Source of the DNA: Candidatus Latescibacterota bacterium | GTDB taxonomy: Bacteria; Latescibacterota; CBDEFO01 | NCBI GenBank assembly: GCA_965248755.1 | Contig: OZ252149.1 | Coordinates: 576,001 to 640,000, forward strand | Direction of reading: 5' to 3' | Length of the DNA stretch: 64,000 bases | Shown here: positions 44,170 through 52,487 of the stretch, one piece after another | Layout: each line of letters begins with the position of its first letter | How positions within the stretch are numbered: the first letter of the stretch is position 1 | Program-made: the position numbers and the translations under genes | The notes under the pieces: generated by a model | Database searches by the model: none | What the model saw: the letters and a program-made list of their open reading frames with translations, nothing else | What the model was told of the DNA's origin: nothing

Positions 44170-44197
44170 TTGAAAAATGTAAAAGTGGTAATATTAA
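44170..44197 (+). promoter_or_regulatory. Possible outward-facing IS promoter
   Basis: TTGAAA-16 bp-TATTAA in the AT-rich IS right end, pointing at the passenger genes. Confidence 0.4.
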
Positions 44198-44261
44198 TTC
44201 AGAAACAAGAATGTATCGAAATATAATCCCTCATGAATGTGATATGGGGAATGTCGGACTA

Positions 44262-44738
44262 ATGGTTGAGGTAAAGATAGCCACTCTTCTTATCGATCAG
44301 ACAGGACACATTGTTTTGTTGAAGGAGTTGAGCGGGGATCGAGTCCTTCCTATATGGATAGGTGAGGCGGAGGCAAGGGCTATAGCTGGGGAGGTCCAGG
44401 ATCAGAAGTACAAGCGTCCCTTATCTCACGACCTGCTGGAGATGCTCCTTGACACTTTAGAGGCAAAGGTAATTAAGGTGGAAGTGTCCAATCTTGTAGA
44501 CAGTACCTACTACGCTCAACTCTATCTTCAAAGGGAAAATAGGATTGTAAAGGTGGATGCCCGTCCAAGCGATTCCATAATTATGGCTTTAAAAACTCAC
44601 GCTCCAATATTTGTTGCCGGGGAGCTTCTAGAACGAGTTGAGGGTATCCAGATAGAAGATATAGAGGAAAGTGGAGAAAGTCTGAAGGACAGAGTACAGA
44701 GGATTAATCCTGAAGATTTTGGGAATTTTAAGCTGTGA
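44262..44738 (+). CDS. Bifunctional nuclease / DUF151 family protein
   Basis: VLPIWIGEAEA, RPLSHDL and VDARPSDSI; ATG 4 bp after IRR. Confidence 0.9.
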   Translation: MVEVKIATLLIDQTGHIVLLKELSGDRVLPIWIGEAEARAIAGEVQDQKYKRPLSHDLLEMLLDTLEAKVIKVEVSNLVDSTYYAQLYLQRENRIVKVDARPSDSIIMALKTHAPIFVAGELLERVEGIQIEDIEESGESLKDRVQRINPEDFGNFKL

Positions 44739-46597
44739 TGCCAGTCAGAGAATATAGAATATTTCTGCTATTTGCAGTGGTTCTCTATTTTGCCACAGAG
44801 GCTTTCGGAGAATCGGAAGATAAAGAGACGCGCCTTTTCGATCAAGAGGCTGAGGACGTCTTCCAAAGAGGAATAGAAAGGTATGTGAAGGGACACTTTC
44901 AAAGAGCGCGGCTCGAATTTCAGGAGGTATTAGAGAAATTCCCCATCAATCAGAAGTCATCCGCAGCAAAGTTGATGTTAGCCAAGACGGTCTACAAGCT
45001 GAGCGACTACGAACTGGCGATCTCTGTCGCCGAGGAATTGAAAAGTGAGTTCCCGTCGAGCAGGTACCTCTGGGACGCCGATTATGCGGCAGGCGATTCT
45101 TATTTTCGTCAGGGAAGGTTCGTCGAGGCTGTGTTCAAATACGCGCTTGTCCTGGTGGGGACACAGGAGACAGACTTAAAGTTGAAAGCAGCTGAGCGTC
45201 TGTCGGTCGTGGCATTGACAAATCTGTCCAAATCCGAAATCGAGGACATAAAAGAGAAGTTCGATCCAGGAGTTGTGGAGGAAGGACTTCTTTTAGGCGA
45301 AGCAAGATGGATTTTCAGGTGGGGCTATTCTCATCTGGCGGCTGAGAAGGTGGACAGCTACATTAGGAACTTCCCAGACGGTCTATTCTTGAATGAGGCG
45401 ATAGCTTTAAGGGAGGAGATAGAGGTGGGAGTGCAAGTAAGCTATCGTACAAGCTGGTCATCGGATAAGATAGGTGTCATCTGTCCACTTTCCGGCGAGG
45501 GAAGAATCTACGGCGAGGATCTAAGAGACGGGGCAAAGTTAGCCTTGGAACACTCCTCGCTTTCCCGTAGGGGGGCAATCGAATTAATAGTTGAAAATTC
45601 AAGAAGCGATCCGATAACTGCGGTGAAGGTGGTCCAGAAGTTGATAGAAAAGGACAGAGTCCTTGCTATAGTCGGACCTCTTTACAGTTCTACGACTATA
45701 GGGGCAGCAGCGGTGGCAAACTCCGAATCGGTTCCACTGATCGCTCCTACCGCTTCAGAGGGCCCGATAGCCTCAATTGGACCTTACGTGTTTCAGATCA
45801 ACTCAACTCCAGAGGTTCAAGGAAAGAGGATGGCCGAATACGCTGTGGGGACACTGAACCTGGAGACGTTTGCCCTAATCGCCTCTATGGATATGTACGG
45901 ACAGGAGATGTCCAGAAGTTTCAGATCGAGGGTGGAGGAATTGGGGGGAAGAGTCCTGCAGGAGGAGAGATATTTTCCGGGCACAAAGGATTTCAAAGAG
46001 CAATTACAGAGGATAAGGAACGCTGGGCTCTTGCTCCAGGATATACTATTGGCAGCGGATACCTCAAGGGTGGACACTACCGCTTTTGAGGAGGACCTCC
46101 CCGAGGAAGAGGAATTACAGCCTGTGGGGACTATTGACGGCGTTCTGATAGCGGGCGCTTCTGATGATGTGATATTGATAGCCCCTCAGATAGCTTTGAA
46201 GAGGATCGAGACCCAACTTTTGGGAGGAAGCCAGTGGAATTCTCAGAACATAATCAGAATGAGCGGGAGCTACGTGGAGGGAGCCCTATTCGTATCCGGG
46301 TATTTTGAAGATTTAGGATCACCGGCGATCAATCGGTTTATAAGTTCGTTCAGACGTAAATTTGGAAGGTCGCCCTCAACGGCAGCCGCTTTCGGCTACG
46401 ACGCTATGTCGCTGGTGCTGAGAGAACTAAGTATAGGTCACAGGACCAGGGAAAATTTGAAGAATACTCTTCAAAAGGTAAGGGACTTTGAGGGGGTTTC
46501 AGGGAGGATCTCATTCGGAAGCCAGAGCCATCAGAACGAGAACGTCTATCTTTTGAAGATAGATAAAAAGAGGATAGTTTCGCTCGGAAAACTCTGA
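44735..46597 (+). CDS. TPR plus periplasmic-binding (LpoA/LivJ-like) protein
   Basis: Signal peptide and TPR-like helices; IGVICPLSG, IVGPLYS, FGYDA and FEGVSGRISF. Confidence 0.8.
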   Translation: MMPVREYRIFLLFAVVLYFATEAFGESEDKETRLFDQEAEDVFQRGIERYVKGHFQRARLEFQEVLEKFPINQKSSAAKLMLAKTVYKLSDYELAISVAEELKSEFPSSRYLWDADYAAGDSYFRQGRFVEAVFKYALVLVGTQETDLKLKAAERLSVVALTNLSKSEIEDIKEKFDPGVVEEGLLLGEARWIFRWGYSHLAAEKVDSYIRNFPDGLFLNEAIALREEIEVGVQVSYRTSWSSDKIGVICPLSGEGRIYGEDLRDGAKLALEHSSLSRRGAIELIVENSRSDPITAVKVVQKLIEKDRVLAIVGPLYSSTTIGAAAVANSESVPLIAPTASEGPIASIGPYVFQINSTPEVQGKRMAEYAVGTLNLETFALIASMDMYGQEMSRSFRSRVEELGGRVLQEERYFPGTKDFKEQLQRIRNAGLLLQDILLAADTSRVDTTAFEEDLPEEEELQPVGTIDGVLIAGASDDVILIAPQIALKRIETQLLGGSQWNSQNIIRMSGSYVEGALFVSGYFEDLGSPAINRFISSFRRKFGRSPSTAAAFGYDAMSLVLRELSIGHRTRENLKNTLQKVRDFEGVSGRISFGSQSHQNENVYLLKIDKKRIVSLGKL

Positions 46598-46653
46598 TTG
46601 ATATTGCTTACTTTTGGTCATTGCAAGAGAGATGAAATCCCCCGACGCAATTT

Positions 46654-46680
46654 CAACGGCGATTTTGAAAATCGTCGTTG
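46654..46680. repeat. Intergenic hairpin
   Basis: CAACGGCGATTTT-G-AAAATCGTCGTTG. Confidence 0.6.
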
Positions 46681-46729
46681 TGTATGGCGGAAGGTATCAA
46701 GATCTATTTGTAGGAGAAGGAATTAAGCC

Positions 46730-47491
46730 GTGAGACTTCAAGATAAAGTTGCGATTGTTACTGGGGGAGCGTCGGGGATAGGTCGGGGGACAGCCCTCTT
46801 GATGGCAGGGGAGGGAGCAAAGGTCATAGTTGCAGACGTGGATGAGGAGGGCGCAAGAGAGACGGTTTCTATGATTGAATCGAAAGAGGGAAAGGGCGTC
46901 TCCTGTTACGCCGATGTGGGGACTGCAAAGGGAGTTGAAGAGATGATAGGAGTGGCTGTGGATAGTTACGGGAAGATAGACGTTTTGCACAACAACGCCT
47001 ACTGGCATTCCGGAGGGACGGCGATGACTATCTCTGAGGAGGATTGGGATCATACGCTGGACGTCTGTCTCAAGGCTGTATACATGGGATGTAAGCTTGC
47101 AATCCCCCAGATGCTGAAGACGGGTGGAGGAGCTGTCGTTAACACGGCATCTATTCACAGTCTTGTCTCCTTTCATAAGTATGCTGCGTACGATGCCGCA
47201 AAAGCCGGTGTCATAGGACTTACACGCTCTTTGGCACTGGATTTTGGACCCCAGATCCGGGCGAACGCAGTGCTCCCGGGGGCTATTCTGACTGCTGCCT
47301 GGAGTGGGATTGATCAAGAAGAGATGGACCACTGGGCCCGGATGACCCCAATGAAGCGTATGGGGCAGCCTGAGGATATAGCTAAGGCTGTGATATTCTT
47401 AGCTTCTGATGACGCCTCGTTTATTACGGGGACAAGTCTGGTAGTTGACGGTGGATGGACTATTGTGGGTCATCCCAGGACAGATGAATAA
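46730..47491 (+). CDS. Short-chain dehydrogenase/reductase
   Basis: TGGASGIG, NNA, YDAAK and ITGTSLVVDGG. Confidence 0.95.
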   Translation: MRLQDKVAIVTGGASGIGRGTALLMAGEGAKVIVADVDEEGARETVSMIESKEGKGVSCYADVGTAKGVEEMIGVAVDSYGKIDVLHNNAYWHSGGTAMTISEEDWDHTLDVCLKAVYMGCKLAIPQMLKTGGGAVVNTASIHSLVSFHKYAAYDAAKAGVIGLTRSLALDFGPQIRANAVLPGAILTAAWSGIDQEEMDHWARMTPMKRMGQPEDIAKAVIFLASDDASFITGTSLVVDGGWTIVGHPRTDE

Positions 47492-47551
47492 CGCGTTTTA
47501 GATCAAGTGACCGAACTGGATAAAGGGCCGGATAGTTCAGAGTTTCTGATT

Positions 47552-47586
47552 GAGGGGTTTCTTAACTGAACCCCTCTCCTTTTTAT
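47552..47586 (+). terminator. Terminator after SDR
   Basis: GAGGGGTT...AACCCCTC followed by TCCTTTTTAT. Confidence 0.6.
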
Positions 47587-47595
47587 CGCTTTACA

Positions 47596-47624
47596 TTGAC
47601 AGCCAACCTAAACTATGCTAATTT
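47596..47624 (+). promoter_or_regulatory. Sigma70-type promoter
   Basis: TTGACA-17 bp-TAATTT with TG extension. Confidence 0.55.
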
Positions 47625-47783
47625 TAGGATATGTGAAGTGCCTCCCAAAAGAGTAGACAACACCTCTGGGGAAGAGTCGGGATGCTGTCTAGCCACGATT
47701 GAACCCCTGATCCCCGATTGAGTCTATCGGGGATTCATATTGTGGGTTGGGGGATAGTATTTACTTATTTAGGGACATTAAGA

Positions 47784-48872
47784 ATGCAGATCAAGATAGA
47801 TAGACATAAACTGATTATGGGCATCGGGAGCAATGCGGTGGACGTAATCTACAGGGTGCGCAGGATCGCGGGCAAAGATGAAAAGACGTATATCCTCCCT
47901 AACAATGAAGGGAATATGGTAAAGGAGGTCGCAGGGGGAGTTGTACTGAATCATCTTGCATGGGCCAGGCTCTTGGGCGTCCGTACGGGTCTCTTTGGAT
48001 TTCAGGGGGACGATAGATTCGGAAAGTTCATAAGGGGTACTATGGACGTTCATGGGATCGAAAGGAGTTACGTCAAGGTTAAGGAGGGAAAATCGTCCAC
48101 TTTTGCGATCATAAACGTGGATACCCATGCGGAAAGGGCCATATACATGGCGTCGGCTCTGACGGGGACCACGACATCTGAGGACATAAAAAGGGAGTTC
48201 TCGGAGTGCATTTCGAACGCCGGGATGGTGACAACTGAGATCTCACAGCTCCCGTTAGATGCTGTTGTAGCTGTGCTGAGTATAGCCAAGGAAAGTGATG
48301 TTCCGACGGTTTTAGATGTGGACGTTCCCCCGAGTTTCGCTGTGGATTTGGCTGGCTTGGGAAGTAGAAAGGAGTTTGAAAAAGCTCTTTCTCTGGCTGA
48401 TCTTATCAAGCCTGCCAAGGCCGTTGCGGACCAGATAGTAGGGGGCGATACATCTGAGGATAAGGCGAGGGACATATTCCAGAAGTACAGCCCCAGGTTA
48501 GTAGCTGTTACGGACGGCGCAGAAGGGAGCGTTCTCTATGATGGGGGCTCTATCGTGAGGGTAAAGTCCAACAGTGTAGTTGCGAGAGATACGACAGGAG
48601 CAGGAGACGCTTTCCTGGGGGGCGTGATTGCCGGGATATATTATGGCTTGTCTTTAGAGGATATAGGAAAGCTTGCAAATGCGTGCGGGGCTGCGTGCTG
48701 TACTGTGGCTGGCGCGTTTCCCGTTATGGACAGTAGTCTGGAGTATGTAGGATCTCTCTACGATAGAGGGAGAGTAGATGCCCTTGAAGGTATATTGATA
48801 GGCCAGAGTGAAGGAGCGAACGATTGCACTTCCGTAGGCATAGAAACTGTGAGGAACCAGATAGATCATTAG
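47784..48872 (+). CDS. PfkB-family carbohydrate kinase (originally fused to an SIS domain)
   Basis: GDDRFG and DTTGAGDAFLGG. Confidence 0.88.
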   Translation: MQIKIDRHKLIMGIGSNAVDVIYRVRRIAGKDEKTYILPNNEGNMVKEVAGGVVLNHLAWARLLGVRTGLFGFQGDDRFGKFIRGTMDVHGIERSYVKVKEGKSSTFAIINVDTHAERAIYMASALTGTTTSEDIKREFSECISNAGMVTTEISQLPLDAVVAVLSIAKESDVPTVLDVDVPPSFAVDLAGLGSRKEFEKALSLADLIKPAKAVADQIVGGDTSEDKARDIFQKYSPRLVAVTDGAEGSVLYDGGSIVRVKSNSVVARDTTGAGDAFLGGVIAGIYYGLSLEDIGKLANACGAACCTVAGAFPVMDSSLEYVGSLYDRGRVDALEGILIGQSEGANDCTSVGIETVRNQIDH

Positions 48873-49437
48873 GGGCTCTCTATTTAGGGATGGGGGGGAT
48901 TATAATCGCGAAGCTATGGGGTTGATAAGAAACGTTCAGAGTAAGGGAGGCCGTATTTACGTGACGGTTTTGTGTAAACCGAGACTTTTAGCCGAGAAGA
49001 TCGCCCCTGCGTTGCAGAGTGTGGGAACTCCCGCCTATTTTCTCGACCCCGTTGACGTAAATCACGGTGAGAGCGATTAACTCAACGAAGGGGATGTGGT
49101 TATAGCTATCTTTCAGGGTGATGCCAAAAGGGAACTGTTGGATGGCATCAGGACGATCAAGCATAAATGAGCTTATGATATAGGGATTACGTTGTAGGGA
49201 TTACTTAAGGAATACAAATCTGAGCTTGCGAAGTTGAGCAATGTCCTTCTGCCTGTCCCAGCGCAGAAAGAGGCGATATCTTTTGAGTTGACACCTACTC
49301 CAAGCACAACGTGCCAACTCGTCCTTGAAGATTGCCTTGCAATGTCTTTAAATGACGCCAAGGAATTCACAAAGCAGGATTTCCACAAGTGCTATCCAGG
49401 TGGAAGTCTGGGAAAGATTCTGGACGACAGTGCGTGA
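48873..49437 (+). pseudogene. Decayed KpsF/GutQ-like SIS sugar-phosphate isomerase domain
   Basis: GRIYVT...AEKIA..LQSVGTPAYFL...HG...GDVVIAI...PTPSTT...FHKCYPGGSLG with several stops and frameshifts. Confidence 0.8.
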
Positions 49438-49476
49438 TTATTGTGAATTAAATTCGATAAACTTTTGGGAGGAAAA

Positions 49477-49991
49477 TTGGCTAAGTTAATCGCTTTTGAT
49501 CTGGACGATACTGCTTTAGCAGTGGACAGGGGATTCTCCGAAGATGGAATAAAAGTTTTAGAGGAAGCTCTCCAAAGAGGTATTCTAATAGCTTCTGTGA
49601 GCGGGAGAAATGTGGACAGGAGCAGCAGTCCTTTCAACGATAAGCTTCAATTGTTTGAGAGAATATATATTGTTTCCTACAACGGGGCTGTCGTCCTGGA
49701 ACCTGTGGATAGGAACGCAAGGGAGTTGATTTATGTGCAGAGGATGACGGAAGATAAGATGCTCGATCTTACAGATTATGTCCGGGACAATGGCTATGAT
49801 CTTGTCTATTATCAGTTTGAGATGGACGGAAACGGCCGGATGGATGAAAAACTTATAGTCCTTCGTCCTTCCCCATCTACGAGAATACTCGAGACCCAGA
49901 CAGGGGCAACGTACGAGTTTGATGAGGGTCTTACAGATAGGATAATGAATAAAAAACTAGGGCCTCCTCCCAAAATGATGGTGCTTCCGGG
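49477..49991 (+). pseudogene. Cof-like HAD hydrolase, 3' truncated at the transposition-unit end
   Basis: AFDLDDT, SGR and YNGA motifs; lacks the C-terminal GD...D motif. Confidence 0.82.
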
Positions 49992-50381
49992 TTTGAGCCT
50001 GTAGGTGAGACTATTAGTGGAATTGATATAGTCTCCGCTCAATTTAACGAAGGTCTCTTCAGTGTGGTTATATCCCAATTTGAAGGCATTTCCAAAGCCC
50101 CGGACAGCTTTTCATTGCATCAGAACTATCCGAATCCGTTCAACCCTGAGACTGTTATCCATTACGATCTTCCTATTCATAGCCACGTTGATATATCTGT
50201 CTATAATATAGCGGGGCAAAAGATTGCAACATTGGTAGACAAGGAGATGGACTTAGGCAGTCACTCCATAATCTGGGATGGAAAAAATAATAAAGGAGAA
50301 GGTCTTGCCAGCGGAGTGTATTTCTATCGGATGGAGACGGACAGATTTGTGCAGACAAGAAAGCTGATCTTGATGCGATAA
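49992..50381 (+). pseudogene. 3' part (end of cohesin plus FlgD-Ig domain) of the gene starting at 41184
   Basis: FEPVGETISGIDIVSAQFNEG...QNYPNPFNPET...RKLILMR, colinear with the C-terminus of ORF 1-5397. Confidence 0.9.
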
Positions 50382-50427
50382 GCTGTTTAGTCCTGTTTCG
50401 CAAAAGTCCACGGAATCTCGAACACCA

Positions 50428-50457
50428 AGCCCGTCAGCAATGGCGGGCTATTTCTTG
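50428..50457 (+). terminator. Rho-independent terminator
   Basis: AGCCCGTCA-GCAA-TGGCGGGCT followed by ATTTCTT. Confidence 0.7.
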
Positions 50458-50497
50458 CTTCATTTATAAGACTACCCCTGTAAAAAGAGTATTTTAA

Positions 50498-50526
50498 TTG
50501 ACAGTAAAGCGCAGGTGTTGTAAACT
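50498..50526 (+). promoter_or_regulatory. Sigma70-type promoter
   Basis: TTGACA-17 bp-TAAACT upstream of the Omp85 gene. Confidence 0.6.
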
Positions 50527-50640
50527 CATGTTTGATCTGCTAATATTTTATGAAACTATTCCTACACCCAGACATCTTTTGAACAGTGAACGATCTATCC
50601 AAAAAGCAGGGGCGAGGTCGGGGCGTCCCACTATAACTCT

Positions 50641-52170
50641 ATGCACAAATTAGCCTATTTAGTGATTGCGATCTCTACGATAGCCCAAGTTGCATCGGCA
50701 GACGAGGGACACGGAGATGGCGTCGGATCTGAATTTAGAGTTGGAAATATCAGCATACAAGGCGCAAAGGGCCTGTCCGAAGATCAAGCGCTAAAACTAC
50801 TGGGGATAGATCAGGGCGATCCCCTTTCGACCGAAGCCTTAAATGCTGGCATAGAGCGACTCCTCAGTTTCTACGATCAAAATGGAAAGCCGTTCTGTCA
50901 GATCAGCACAGGGGATTTCTCATTAAGGGATAAAGAGTGGATAGACTTTTCCGTCCGAATCGACGAAGGTCCCGAAGTCAGGATAGATCGAATAGAGATA
51001 TTCGGAAATAAGACAACCCAGGTGCAAGTTATACACAGAGAACTCAAAGTTGAAGAGGGAGATCTATATGATCAAAGGCAGATACAGGCATCCCACAGAA
51101 GACTTAAGAAACTGGGTTTCTTTGAGAGGGTCTATCCCCCCGAAATATCCTACGACAACGACTCTGAACAGATGGTGCTTTCGGTGGTAGTGGAGGAGGG
51201 GAAGACCAGCCGCATAGATGGCGCTGTTGGCTACATCCCCAGGACCGTATTCCAGAACGGCTACCTGACGGGGCACTTCGACCTGTCATTTGTCAATCTG
51301 GTCGGCACCGCAAGAGTGGCAAAGGCAAAGTGGGCAAGACTCGATCCAAAATCCTCCGATTTGCGCTTAAAATACCAAGAGCCCTGGATTTTCGGAATTC
51401 CCCTCACATCCGCAGGGGATTTCAAACAGACTGAAAGGCCCGGATATGTGCAGACTGTCTTGAAGATGTCTTTTAAGACTCCTATTTTAGACGACCTCTA
51501 TGGAGAACTTACAGCAGGATGGGAAAAGGTCGTGCCTGATTCTCTTGGAGGCTTTGGTATGGCAAGAACCAGGACCTGGACTGGGGCTTTTGCGCTCGGT
51601 TACGATACGCAAGACGACAGGAGCAATCCAAAAAGCGGCGGACTTTATCGGCTCTCTTTTCGCGCTGGAACGAGGCGGAACTTCACCACTACTAATTTTA
51701 CTCCCGACAAGGACAAGACTTCACTTGCCAACTTCAGAGTCGATCTAAGCCAGTTTCTGAGTACTTCATCAAGGCACGTAATCGCGCTCAGCCTGCACGC
51801 CTGGGGGATAAAAAGCAACGAACGCTTGGTTCCCCTGAGCGATAAGATCCGTCTAGGAGGTGCAAATACAATAAGAGGTTACAGGGAAGAACAGTTTACG
51901 GGTGTTCGGGCTATCTGGACAAATTTGGAGTATCGCTATTTACTATCTCCAAAATCCAGGGCCTTCGCCTTCGTGGATGCAGGCGCATACCTCGATAAGA
52001 AGAGGGATTCAAAGGGAAAGATAGAAACTGTAGATGAACGACCTATCGGATATGGAGCCGGAATACGAATACGTTCCAGGGCCGGAATATTAGGCATTGA
52101 TTACGGCCTGGGGAAAAAGGATAAAATAGATGAAGGCAAATTGCATTTCAGTCTGGCAAACGAGTTTTAA
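50641..52170 (+). CDS. BamA/TamA (Omp85) family outer-membrane protein
   Basis: POTRA motifs (GNKTT...RE, LGFF), LGGANTIRGY, GYGAGIR and terminal Phe. Confidence 0.9.
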   Translation: MHKLAYLVIAISTIAQVASADEGHGDGVGSEFRVGNISIQGAKGLSEDQALKLLGIDQGDPLSTEALNAGIERLLSFYDQNGKPFCQISTGDFSLRDKEWIDFSVRIDEGPEVRIDRIEIFGNKTTQVQVIHRELKVEEGDLYDQRQIQASHRRLKKLGFFERVYPPEISYDNDSEQMVLSVVVEEGKTSRIDGAVGYIPRTVFQNGYLTGHFDLSFVNLVGTARVAKAKWARLDPKSSDLRLKYQEPWIFGIPLTSAGDFKQTERPGYVQTVLKMSFKTPILDDLYGELTAGWEKVVPDSLGGFGMARTRTWTGAFALGYDTQDDRSNPKSGGLYRLSFRAGTRRNFTTTNFTPDKDKTSLANFRVDLSQFLSTSSRHVIALSLHAWGIKSNERLVPLSDKIRLGGANTIRGYREEQFTGVRAIWTNLEYRYLLSPKSRAFAFVDAGAYLDKKRDSKGKIETVDERPIGYGAGIRIRSRAGILGIDYGLGKKDKIDEGKLHFSLANEF

Positions 52171-52327
52171 CAGAACCAAGACAGGTCAGATGTGACCCCT
52201 CAAGAAGTGACAGAATCGTCCCCTCCTTACATTATAACAGACGACTTAGAAATAGACAACATACAACATGCATGCGTGCGGTGATGATGTTTTTTGTGAT
52301 TTTAAAAGAACAAAAAAGCAAATTCAG

Positions 52328-52372
52328 TCCGCAAAGCCGTAATCCGCGAAGCCGCAATCCGCGAAGCCGTAA
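52328..52372. repeat. 15-bp tandem repeat x3
   Basis: TCCGC(A/G)AAGCCG(T/C)AA three times, upstream of TTGACT-17-TATATT (52397-52425). Confidence 0.75.
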
Positions 52373-52487
52373 TAGGAAGATAGCAAATCCTGCGGCTTGA
52401 CTGATCTTTGGCTTTGCCCTATATTTATCTGCAATAGCAGTTCGAGCCTGTCAAATGCGTTTGACGGGACAAAGGAGAACGAACAAT

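Larger units (their letters stand above)
42632..44257 (+). mobile_element. IS1380-family insertion sequence, intact copy 2
   Basis: IRL CCCCCATTCGCCATATT and IRR reverse complement CCGACATTCCCCATATC; 1626 bp. Confidence 0.93.
42632..49991 (+). mobile_element. IS1380 one-ended transposition unit (7360 bp) with TTTGA target duplication
   Basis: TTTGA at 42627-42631 and 49992-49996; removal restores the reading frame of the target gene. Confidence 0.88.

Noticed and set aside
44154..44261. N-terminal extension of the DUF151 ORF
   Set aside because: It lies within the IS1380 right end; family similarity begins at ATG 44262
50064..50381. Stand-alone 105-aa FlgD protein
   Set aside because: It is the severed 3' end of the gene starting at 41184
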